DNA of 18,151 nt from an archaeon (lineage in GTDB: Archaea > Asgardarchaeota > Thorarchaeia > Thorarchaeales > Thorarchaeaceae). The translations under genes and the position numbers were made by a program. Below, one piece after another: positions 1 to 7,216 of this stretch (positions within the stretch are counted from its first letter, which is position 1; each line of letters begins with the position of its first letter). The stretch is from assembly GCA_024276825.1 (NCBI GenBank), contig JAJRWI010000021.1, positions 1 to 18,151 of the forward strand, written 5' to 3'. The notes beneath the pieces were generated by a model, which was given only the letters and a program-made list of their open reading frames with translations, did no database searches and was not told the DNA's origin.

Positions 1-2
1 AG

Positions 3-146
3 GCACTTAATGTAGTGCTCTCTGATCTTCCCAATGCTCATGGCGGAGGGCATCCTGCCGCAGCTGGGGCAAGTCTTGAAGCGGATGACTTTAACCTATT
101 TCTTCATCGCTTTGCAGATTACATAAAGAAAACCGCTCATTTTTAA
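3..146 (+). CDS. DHH family phosphoesterase, C-terminal DHHA1 domain (5'-truncated by window edge)
   Basis: Frame 3 reads ALNVVLSDLPNAHGGGHPAAAGASLEADDFNLFLHRFADYIKKTAHF*, with stop TAA at 144-146. GGGHxxAAG is the DHHA1 signature. Confidence 0.85.
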   Translation, partial: ALNVVLSDLPNAHGGGHPAAAGASLEADDFNLFLHRFADYIKKTAHF

Positions 147-293
147 TTGGACAGTCTTGGACTTCTGAGTCCTGTCCGCCCAGAAAACGGCACTGGGCAC
201 ATTTCGAAGGCAAGTCTTGTAAAATGCCTGCCAAATTCATATGATTTTGGAGCTTGAATCAGTTCTTTGATGAGTTTCCAACTCTGTCCAATT
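145..293. repeat. Intergenic element bounded by a 17-bp imperfect inverted repeat (MITE-like or structured RNA)
   Basis: AATTGGACAGTCTTGGA (145-161) matches the reverse complement of TCCAACTCTGTCCAATT (277-293) at 15/17. Internal hairpins: GGACT-TCTG-AGTCC, GCCCAG-N9-CTGGGC and AGGCA-N12-TGCCT. Confidence 0.45.
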
Positions 294-317
294 TCTACGC
301 ATCTACATGCAACCCAC

Positions 318-2537
318 TCATAAGGTCAACAAGAAAAGAACAGTCCATATAATCACAGGCGACAGTATCCAAGCAATGGCCTCTCCTGCGACCACACCAC
401 TCAATAGCCTTGTAGTCCTATCTCTCAATGGATCACAAAATGCCACTTGCTCATCCTCCTCACGAACCGACATGTTCTTTTTCAGCTTGTAATCGATAAT
501 TCCCCCAAAGAGCATGGCGACTGATGCTGCTGGCGGGATTAAAACCCCTACAGCAAGACTGATGGCACTGAGCTTACGCTTGTGAAGCTCCCTACCTGCC
601 AAGTATCCAGCAACTCCAAAGCTTATCAAATATATGAACACAAGAATTGGGTTTGCATCAGGCCATATGTCGAAGCCCGGCAGTCTGAGATTTCCGAGAC
701 CTCTCAGGCTGATCACAAGAAATCCAAATAACTGGGCTGCCGGCGCTGGGAAGTCAGTCCCACCAAATCCGTATTCAGAATAGATCAAATATGTTATCAA
801 TGAACCGCCAAATGTGCCAAGAACTGCCCCTATAAAGACTGCCTTGGCAATATCTCTCCCTCTTACACCAGTCAGCCTTCCAAGCTTGAGATGCACTAGC
901 AGTGCAATAGCAGCATCCTGAAGAGCTCCGAGCATGGACATGAATGTCGTGATTGCAGCGAACCCAACCTTGAATATCAGAATTGCAGGAATCGCAATGA
1001 TGTCTGAAATATATCCTGCCAACATTCCAGTTTCACTTATCGCTCTTGCTGTGAAATATGCTGAAAACAGAACAACTGGCGACCCCAAAATGACCAATAG
1101 GAATGGGATTTCAAGCCCTCCAAACGGGCGAAATATGGAAAATGCCAGGAGTGCAACTATAATGAATATCACCATTGAGACAAATGCCACCCAGATAGGC
1201 ACTCGCCCCCTTGTTTTCTTAAGATAGCCTCTGGGGTCACTCACAATTTCTTTGATGTCCTTTCTGATCCCTCTGAAGTCGAACAGGTCCTCCTTAATTC
1301 CCATTATTCTGGACAAGTCAGAGGTCTTATGTGGTCGGTCTATTATAATCACATCTTTGTCTCTTTTTGTACGATGATTATTCACAGCGGTTTCAAACTC
1401 ATTAGGGTCCATTCGCCCCTTTCCAGACAAGATGTCACTTACAATCACAGATGCAAAGACACCAAGGGCCAAATACAGGATCTCTGGTCTCTGAAGGTGC
1501 GCTCCAAAGCTCACCAATTGGGCGCCCTCTAATATCACCCAGATGAAGAATGACACGACACTTCCAATGAATAGAACAATCACCCTCTTCCAGCCCATAA
1601 AGAAACCCATGCTTGCAATCAAGGGTGAGTTTGTGATTCCAATCCAATCAGGTATGGCATTCACAGCAGGTATGACTTGACTCAAAGCATGTGGGAATGA
1701 TGATAACGATAGTGCGGGATTGAACCCCTCCGCTATTCTCGAACTTCCAACCCACAGGCCCGCAACAGTCATCCCTGCAATCACTTCCCTCTTTGCACTC
1801 TCGTCAGCGCCCAGAGCAATGATGCATTCGGCCTGTGGCTTTACCTGTGGCCAAGGTTCATCTTCAAACCGTTGTCTTAGAGGTGCTAAAATGAGTATTC
1901 CACACAGTGCACTCAGACCTGTGACGAATGCAATGAATGGGTATGTGATGATACTTGCAGCATGAAGGGGGTCAAATATTGCAATTGCTGGGAACACAAT
2001 CAGCACACCAATGGCAATCATTGATGAGCCGTTGGCAATAGCAACCACTATTGTGTTCTCTTCGGGTGTGTATCTTCCTCGCGTGCTGAGAATGAGTGCA
2101 CCCAGCATCTCTGCTCCAACAAAATAAACCACTCCAAGCTTTAATGCAATATAGATTCCGAGAAAGGTCATAATTATGCCAACAATGATGCCCGTTCCCA
2201 CGGCCCGTTTGGTCAAAGGAAACTTTGGTTCGCTCATCATAGCAGCATATAGGAGTATCCCAAAAGCCGCCATTACAACAACTTCTGAGAAATGCCCCGA
2301 TATTATTGAAACCCCAAGATATGCAAACGAACCCAATGATAGCAAGGTCAATTCTTTCTTATCAGGAGGCTCGCCAACAAGAGCGGCTGTCAGAAGAGCA
2401 ATCTCAATACCCGCGCCAACGACTTCTGCAGGATTAACCCAAACATCCATTATTATTGCATAAAGGGCATATAGAAACCCCCCGAAGAAGAGTCCTGCCA
2501 GCAGTGCCCTGTCAGATCTGCTCTTCTTCTTCTTCAT
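318..2537 (-). CDS. OPT/YSL-family oligopeptide transporter with an extra N-terminal membrane segment
   Basis: 739-aa polytopic ORF with GGAGG SD before the ATG. OPT-like motifs: LTKRAVGTG...IYIALKLG, ENTIVVAIA, PLRQRF..EPWP, QD...HLKLGRLTG, FPAPAAQLF and SGVVAGEAI. Confidence 0.8.
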   Translation of the reverse strand: MKKKKSRSDRALLAGLFFGGFLYALYAIIMDVWVNPAEVVGAGIEIALLTAALVGEPPDKKELTLLSLGSFAYLGVSIISGHFSEVVVMAAFGILLYAAMMSEPKFPLTKRAVGTGIIVGIIMTFLGIYIALKLGVVYFVGAEMLGALILSTRGRYTPEENTIVVAIANGSSMIAIGVLIVFPAIAIFDPLHAASIITYPFIAFVTGLSALCGILILAPLRQRFEDEPWPQVKPQAECIIALGADESAKREVIAGMTVAGLWVGSSRIAEGFNPALSLSSFPHALSQVIPAVNAIPDWIGITNSPLIASMGFFMGWKRVIVLFIGSVVSFFIWVILEGAQLVSFGAHLQRPEILYLALGVFASVIVSDILSGKGRMDPNEFETAVNNHRTKRDKDVIIIDRPHKTSDLSRIMGIKEDLFDFRGIRKDIKEIVSDPRGYLKKTRGRVPIWVAFVSMVIFIIVALLAFSIFRPFGGLEIPFLLVILGSPVVLFSAYFTARAISETGMLAGYISDIIAIPAILIFKVGFAAITTFMSMLGALQDAAIALLVHLKLGRLTGVRGRDIAKAVFIGAVLGTFGGSLITYLIYSEYGFGGTDFPAPAAQLFGFLVISLRGLGNLRLPGFDIWPDANPILVFIYLISFGVAGYLAGRELHKRKLSAISLAVGVLIPPAASVAMLFGGIIDYKLKKNMSVREEDEQVAFCDPLRDRTTRLLSGVVAGEAIAWILSPVIIWTVLFLLTL

Positions 2538-2644
2538 TCAATGGCCTCCAGAAAGTCTCTTTGTTATTACTAGGGGGTGTTATTTGGTTGTGGTGCGGGC
2601 ACAATGGGAACGTTAAAACTTTGCCATTCTTATAGCACTTAGTA

Positions 2645-2947
2645 TCACAGATTTCCCAAGATTCTCGCTACTTCTTGGGGTTTCTTCCCCCTGATAAGGA
2701 TGACTTTGTTTCTAGATCTATGTCCTGATACAATCACAACATCAGATGTTGAAATTCCCATGAGTTTTGCAAGCCTCTTGATTAATTCTTTATTCGCCTT
2801 TCCCTCTTTTGCTGGCGATCGCAGATTCAACAGTATATGGGAATCATCAACAATTGAAATAAAATTCCTGCTTTTAGAATTAGGCCTGACAGTCAGACTA
2901 ACGAGTGTCCCTTCCTCAGTGGGCCTAAATATACTCATGGTCATCAC
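2645..2947 (-). CDS. DUF167/UPF0235 (YggU-like) protein; start may be ATG at 2938
   Basis: Characteristic DUF167 pattern: V.PNSK...L.L.SPAKEGKANKELIKRLAKLMGI..SDV.IVSGHRSRNK.I.I. Confidence 0.92.
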   Translation of the reverse strand: MMTMSIFRPTEEGTLVSLTVRPNSKSRNFISIVDDSHILLNLRSPAKEGKANKELIKRLAKLMGISTSDVVIVSGHRSRNKVILIRGKKPQEVARILGNL

Positions 2948-3073
2948 ATATGTGTATTATACCGATTGACAAGTTCTATTGATGATTTTATAGATATCGA
3001 GAATTTCTTTTTATTCGGTGAGAACAGATACCTTATTGAATATCACTAACTTATACAGGATAGGTGAAAACAA

Positions 3074-3454
3074 ATGTCGGATCCAGTGATGGATGTATAC
3101 ACAAAAGCTTACGAGTCCTCTGGACAGAAAATCCAGGCCTTTGGAGTTATTACTGCCAGTGGGCAAGTTCTATGGCAGAGCAGTAATTGGGATTTGACAG
3201 CTGATGCTGCTTCTCTCGTGGCAGCTGTCAAAGGCAAGGCGCCCAGCGTGTCTCAGAATCAGGTCAAATATAGCACACTTCAGAGCAGACCTGACAGTCT
3301 TGTGGCTAGAAGTGTGGCTGGTCATGGAATACTGATTCTTGTAAAAATTGATGGCGATAAATGGGTGTGTGCATGGGCATCTCCCGATGCAAGTCCTGAC
3401 CAAGTCTATGTTGATGTTGATCGGGCAGCACGTGCATTAAAGGGCAAAATCTAA
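3074..3454 (+). CDS. Asgard (Thor-like) profilin, copy 1
   Basis: 126 aa with AGGTGA SD. It has I.AFGVI...G.V.WQ..NWDL, V..N.VKYS, VA.SV.G.G.LI and W..AWASPDA.PD..YVDV.RAA..L, the motif pattern I recognise from Loki/Thor/Odin profilins. Confidence 0.85.
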   Translation: MSDPVMDVYTKAYESSGQKIQAFGVITASGQVLWQSSNWDLTADAASLVAAVKGKAPSVSQNQVKYSTLQSRPDSLVARSVAGHGILILVKIDGDKWVCAWASPDASPDQVYVDVDRAARALKGKI

Positions 3455-3455
3455 T

Positions 3456-3482
3456 GGGGCGTTGGCGGCGATGGCCCGCCCC
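3456..3482 (+). terminator. GC-rich hairpin directly after the profilin-1 stop (terminator, attenuator or stabiliser)
   Basis: GGGGCG (3456-3461) pairs with CGCCCC (3477-3482), with further internal GGC/GCC pairing. Confidence 0.4.
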
Positions 3483-3521
3483 TATAATCTATTACAAGCC
3501 ATAGAATATGGAGTCTGAATC

Positions 3522-3893
3522 ATGGAGTCTGCAATCGAATCAGTATGGAATAAACTATACTCGAACAACCCAAAGATTCAGGCATTTGCCGTGGCTAAGG
3601 ATGCCTCTGTGATCTGGCAGACCGCAAACTGGAATCCGGCTGCAGAAATTGGGACGATTATGAACAGTGTGGCTCATGTTTCTTCCACAATCTCTCTGGG
3701 TGGGGTGTCCTATAGCAGGATAAGCTCTGACTCCGACTCATATGTTGCATCTGCAGGTGCCAGTGGCAATCTCTTGATCACACGTGTACAAGGCAATCTA
3801 TGGATGCTTGCTTGGGCTGCCAGCAATGCAGATCCCGACCTCTCTATTATTGATCTAAAAAAGGCCGCACTGGACCTTCTAAAGAGAATTTGA
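3522..3893 (+). CDS. Asgard profilin paralog, copy 2 (divergent)
   Basis: 123 aa, collinear with copy 1: KIQAF.V, V.WQ..NW, V.YS, DS.VA, W..AWA..A.PD...D...AA..L..I. GGAG SD upstream. Confidence 0.8.
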   Translation: MESAIESVWNKLYSNNPKIQAFAVAKDASVIWQTANWNPAAEIGTIMNSVAHVSSTISLGGVSYSRISSDSDSYVASAGASGNLLITRVQGNLWMLAWAASNADPDLSIIDLKKAALDLLKRI

Positions 3894-3983
3894 CGCTCCT
3901 TCCAATATGTTCTTTTGGGGGATTGAACTAGAAATCAACTGTCAACAATGTTTCATCTAACAAACAGGTGAGGGAACTAATCA

Positions 3984-4223
3984 ATGACAATCACAGCATT
4001 CATCATGCTTAAAATAGAGAGTAAGAATAACCGGGAAATCTTTGAAAAGGTCAAATCACTTGAAGAGGCTGAAGAGGCCTATTTGCTCTTTGGTGCCTAT
4101 GACATTATTATCAAAGGCATTTTCAAGTCTAACAAAGACCTTAGCACTTTTGTTGTTGACACTCTGGGCAGTATTGACGGAGTTGTTGACACTCTGACAA
4201 ACGTCTGTGCTTCGTGTGATTAG
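3984..4223 (+). CDS. Stand-alone Lrp/AsnC ligand-binding (RAM) domain protein, no HTH
   Basis: 79 aa with AFIMLK...EEAYLLFGAYDIIIK....L..FV...L..IDGV..T.T, the AsnC C-terminal domain pattern. AGGTGA SD. Ends in CASCD. Confidence 0.88.
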   Translation: MTITAFIMLKIESKNNREIFEKVKSLEEAEEAYLLFGAYDIIIKGIFKSNKDLSTFVVDTLGSIDGVVDTLTNVCASCD

Positions 4224-4240
4224 AACATCTGAAGAAACTG

Positions 4241-4278
4241 TCCAACACTCGATTGATGACTAAAGAGCGGGTGTTGGA
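4241..4278. terminator. Hairpin between convergent genes (putative bidirectional terminator)
   Basis: TCCAACACTCG (4241-4251) pairs with CGGGTGTTGGA (4268-4278): 11 bp with one G-U pair. Confidence 0.5.
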
Positions 4279-4281
4279 TCT

Positions 4282-5028
4282 TTATTCTTCAGGAAACAGG
4301 ATCTCTCTTAGTCTCTTGTAGGCAGCACTGGTTTCAGGATTTCCGAGTGAATGTATCTCAACAAGCAGTTCATACATGTCTAAGACTTCCTTGTTGGCTA
4401 TGTCTGCATTTATTATTCTTCCAATCGCTTTCCTACTGTTTATCTGCGATAGATATAGTTCTGTAAGAAGGCGCTTTATCTCTGCCTTGTCACCCTCATC
4501 AATGTTGAGACTGAAAGTCCCACACAATCTGTTTGTGAACTTATCAACTCTCTTACGAATTATGCTCTTGTCTATTGTCAACACACCAGTAGTGACAATA
4601 AAGCCCTCTGCAGTTCTCCGATAATAGTTTGTCTTTCTCTCTCCCCTCTGTACTGTCCCATACTTGATGACAAAACCATGTTCAATGAGCTTTGGCAGAT
4701 GGTGATAAACTTGATTCTTGGTGATCTCCTCAATGCCCTCAGACTCTTTGGAGAGCTTGACCATCTCAACTACTGAAAGTGCATATCTCCTTACAATTCG
4801 TTGTCTGATGATGCGATCACCGGTCTTCTCATCAATTGACTCAATTGTCAGTGTGTCTTCAATCCCATCCTTGAGAACTTTCAGGATTTGTATTCTTACA
4901 GGATCATCGAGCTCTTTGGCCCGTTCCTTTTCAGTGATAAACTCGATCTCTTTGACTCCCTTTCGGGCCTCTTTTGTCAGAACTATTCCTCTTAATGTGT
5001 CAGTAATCTCATCATTCAACGATGACAC
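4282..5028 (-). CDS. Winged helix-turn-helix (ArsR/HTH_20-like) transcriptional regulator with an inserted beta-hairpin
   Basis: AKELDDPVRIQILKVL ... ALSVVEM ... ITKNQVYHHLPKLIEHGFV ... TNYYRRTA is an archaeal ArsR-like wHTH, with a ~25-aa insertion after helix 2. The start is GTG 5028 or TTG 5019. Confidence 0.8.
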   Translation of the reverse strand: MSSLNDEITDTLRGIVLTKEARKGVKEIEFITEKERAKELDDPVRIQILKVLKDGIEDTLTIESIDEKTGDRIIRQRIVRRYALSVVEMVKLSKESEGIEEITKNQVYHHLPKLIEHGFVIKYGTVQRGERKTNYYRRTAEGFIVTTGVLTIDKSIIRKRVDKFTNRLCGTFSLNIDEGDKAEIKRLLTELYLSQINSRKAIGRIINADIANKEVLDMYELLVEIHSLGNPETSAAYKRLREILFPEE

Positions 5029-5105
5029 CTAATGCTGTTTCTGTCCATCTCATATGAACTTGAACTATTAAATATGTTGGAATCACACACATTATAACCA
5101 CATAT

Positions 5106-5169
5106 GGTTTGTTAAGCAAACCTTTATATATCAAATAATGTATAAATAAAACAGTTTGGAGCACAAACT
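5106..5169 (+). promoter_or_regulatory. Archaeal promoter (TATA TTTATATA, 5123-5130) flanked by two palindromic operator candidates GTTTG-N5-CAAAC
   Basis: GGTTTG-TTAAG-CAAACC (5106-5122) abuts the TATA box at the BRE position. AGTTTG-GAGCA-CAAACT (5153-5169) lies at the expected transcription start. Confidence 0.65.
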
Positions 5170-5186
5170 CAAAATGGGGTGCTAAT

Positions 5187-5294
5187 ATGAAACGGAAAAT
5201 ACGACTAGTTCGTTCATGGCCACGAAATCCAAGAGCTGATGTATTTCAGACCCATGCAATGGCAGTTGGCTTCATTCAGGCTTATCGGAGGTGA
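5187..5294 (+). CDS. Putative 35-aa basic microprotein MKRKIRLVRSWPRNPRADVFQTHAMAVGFIQAYRR
   Basis: GGGGTG SD (5176-5181) 5 nt before ATG 5187, downstream of the TATA box. The TGA stop is embedded in the GGAGGTGA SD of the next ORF. Not in the ORF track (<60 aa). Confidence 0.6.
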   Translation: MKRKIRLVRSWPRNPRADVFQTHAMAVGFIQAYRR

Positions 5295-5303
5295 AAAGTT
5301 ATT

Positions 5304-5393
5304 ATGAGTTCATCAAAAACAAACAACAAGCAAAAAGGTGCCAGAAGAAAGATATCAACTCAGGCAGTTGCCATGGCATACTTCAACAGGTAA
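5304..5393 (+). CDS. Putative 29-aa basic microprotein MSSSKTNNKQKGARRKISTQAVAMAYFNR
   Basis: Full GGAGGTGA SD (5287-5294) 9 nt before ATG 5304, stop TAA 5391-5393. Its C-terminal motif resembles that of the preceding microprotein. Confidence 0.62.
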   Translation: MSSSKTNNKQKGARRKISTQAVAMAYFNR

Positions 5394-5406
5394 TTCTTGA
5401 AATTGA

Positions 5407-5424
5407 CCGGCCATTTATGGCCGG
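5407..5424. terminator. GC-rich hairpin closing the microprotein operon and the convergent methyltransferase
   Basis: CCGGCCA-TTTA-TGGCCGG perfect stem, 13 nt after the microprotein-2 stop. Confidence 0.55.
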
Positions 5425-5440
5425 CATGTATATTCTAAGA

Positions 5441-6265
5441 TTATTTTCTGAATATGATCTGGTAGAATGTACCATTCATAATGTATTTTAACTCTACATC
5501 TCTCGCCTTGTCGGGAATGTTCTCTAATGGGGGCCTTGCGGCAAACAAGGAGTTTTTATTGATGATGCTCTTTCCGCGCTCAGACTCCCTCACATCTGGA
5601 GAGAGTCCCTCATCAATAACAACAACAATACCCTCTGGCTTTGTGATTCTTAACATCTCATTCATGGCTGAAGCTTTGTCGGAGAAGGTGTTGATGCCTC
5701 CCGTATGAATCACAATATCAAAGGAGTCTTTTCTATAAGGAAGATTCAACACGTTTGCATGTACAATTCCCACATCAATTCCCAGTTCTTGCATCTTTCT
5801 CATTGCAATATGTATCATACCTCTTGATAGGTCCACTCCATGAAGATCATAACTCTTTGCGGCGTTTCCCACTACATTTGCAAGTGCAACATAATTAGCG
5901 GCAGTACCAATACTGACATCGATTATTCTCTTTGGCCCATCATTAATGATTGACCGAATGATGTTCTCCCTCTCTTTTTGTATGTTGATGCCTAACCACT
6001 CATCATAGACCTTGACCGCTTCATCATAGATTTCTGCCATCTCATTATACTCAGAGATCCACTTTTCATCTTCCCCGCTCATTGGCGGATATATAAGGGA
6101 TGGAATACCATCACTAATGGTCCATCTGTGTCCCTTTTTGCATACCATCCCCCCACTCCCTATATTACCATTTAATGGTGCCACATTTGTGATCTGAAGC
6201 GCCTTATGACATCTCGGGCACTGCAATACTTCCAAGTCCTTTTCATGCATGCTATTCTCTCTCAC
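5441..6265 (-). CDS. Class I SAM-dependent methyltransferase (UbiE-like) with N-terminal Trm112-like Zn knuckle; start may be ATG near 6250
   Basis: N-terminal LQCPRCH...CKKGHRWTISDGIPSL. Motif I IIDVSIGTA, then GVDLSRGM, ANVLNLPY..DSFD.V and A.MNEMLRITKPEG. Confidence 0.88.
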   Translation of the reverse strand: MRENSMHEKDLEVLQCPRCHKALQITNVAPLNGNIGSGGMVCKKGHRWTISDGIPSLIYPPMSGEDEKWISEYNEMAEIYDEAVKVYDEWLGINIQKERENIIRSIINDGPKRIIDVSIGTAANYVALANVVGNAAKSYDLHGVDLSRGMIHIAMRKMQELGIDVGIVHANVLNLPYRKDSFDIVIHTGGINTFSDKASAMNEMLRITKPEGIVVVIDEGLSPDVRESERGKSIINKNSLFAARPPLENIPDKARDVELKYIMNGTFYQIIFRK

Positions 6266-6356
6266 TCGCTCGATATTGATATGTCAATAGGCGATCCGTT
6301 ATCAATCTAATCTTTGAACCATTGTAGGACATGTTGACCTAATTTATTATCCGATA

Positions 6357-7196
6357 TTAATGACCGATAATCTCTTGGATACTGGCCAGCAGTGCCATTA
6401 TGACCTGAAGTTGAAAGATTACTATCATCGGATTACGAATCTGCATGGCCCAAGGCCTCCGTTGATCAGACTGCGACTTGAAAATTGCAATACTCTGAGA
6501 GTTATCAATCACAATCACAGATATCTGACTTGGATCCCAACCTGCCACGTCTAGACGGTCATCATTCAGCACAATCTTCATCCTATCAACTAGGACCTTT
6601 GAGCTAACACCGCTAAGATCTTGGATTGTTAGATACTGTTGAAACTCACTATTCAACTGATCGTCTATTTTTGGTGTTAGCAGAGTTATGGGAACACCAA
6701 TTGCTCTTGCTTTGGCGAATGCAGGCCTTAGCATTCTCAACAGATCGAAATCTTGGGTTGCAATGAGTATCTCTTCTCCTGCCAACGAAATCTCTCTTCT
6801 AAGGCACACCTTGATTTGTTCCACGCCTTCTAGTATCATCACCTGTTCTTCGATCTCCATATCTCTCTCCTGTTCGAGTCGTTCCAGCATTCTCTGAGCT
6901 GTATTTCCTGCAGCCTCAATCTTTTCGAGAAGGAGTGGGATTGCAAAGCCAGGGCTATATGCCAGAAACTGTGCAGGATTTGTCCCACAAATCTTATTGA
7001 TGATCCCTTTTCTCTCTAACGAGGCTAACACACTATACACCTTGCTCCTTGGCATCTCTGCCTTTTCTGCAATCTTCGTTGCAGTACTCTTGCCTAGTCT
7101 GACAAGTGTTTGGTATGCCTTTGCCTCATTCTTCTGTAGTCCAATTTTCATAAGATCTGAAATCACAATGTCTTTGATCATCCTTAACTGCTCCAA
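6357..7196 (-). CDS. TrmB-family transcriptional regulator (N-terminal wHTH plus PLD-like effector domain); start may be ATG 7181
   Basis: IGLQKNEAKAYQTLV..G..TA..IA..A.MPRSKVYSVL.SL..KG is the TrmB HTH. C-terminal A.EEI.I...A..IGV.I.LL...VIDN is the effector domain. Confidence 0.9.
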   Translation of the reverse strand: MEQLRMIKDIVISDLMKIGLQKNEAKAYQTLVRLGKSTATKIAEKAEMPRSKVYSVLASLERKGIINKICGTNPAQFLAYSPGFAIPLLLEKIEAAGNTAQRMLERLEQERDMEIEEQVMILEGVEQIKVCLRREISLAGEEILIATQDFDLLRMLRPAFAKARAIGVPITLLTPKIDDQLNSEFQQYLTIQDLSGVSSKVLVDRMKIVLNDDRLDVAGWDPSQISVIVIDNSQSIAIFKSQSDQRRPWAMQIRNPMIVIFQLQVIMALLASIQEIIGH

Positions 7197-7216
7197 TCAG
7201 TCATTTCTGAGTGAAT

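Noticed and set aside
241-274. SECIS-like pattern ATGA-N12-AA-N12-TGA downstream of the DHH gene
   Set aside because: The helix has mismatches, the apical loop is too small, and no in-frame UGA selenoprotein candidate is visible in the window.
4252-4267. TGATGA (C-box-like) / ATGA..AAA in the loop of the 4241-4278 hairpin
   Set aside because: There is no properly placed downstream CUGA D box and no SECIS-length helix. A terminator hairpin explains it more simply.
5291-5491. 66-aa ORF from the supplied track (GTG start)
   Set aside because: Its GTG is part of the GGAGGTGA SD, it runs through the hairpin, and it overlaps the methyltransferase. The 29-aa ORF at 5304 fits the SD much better.
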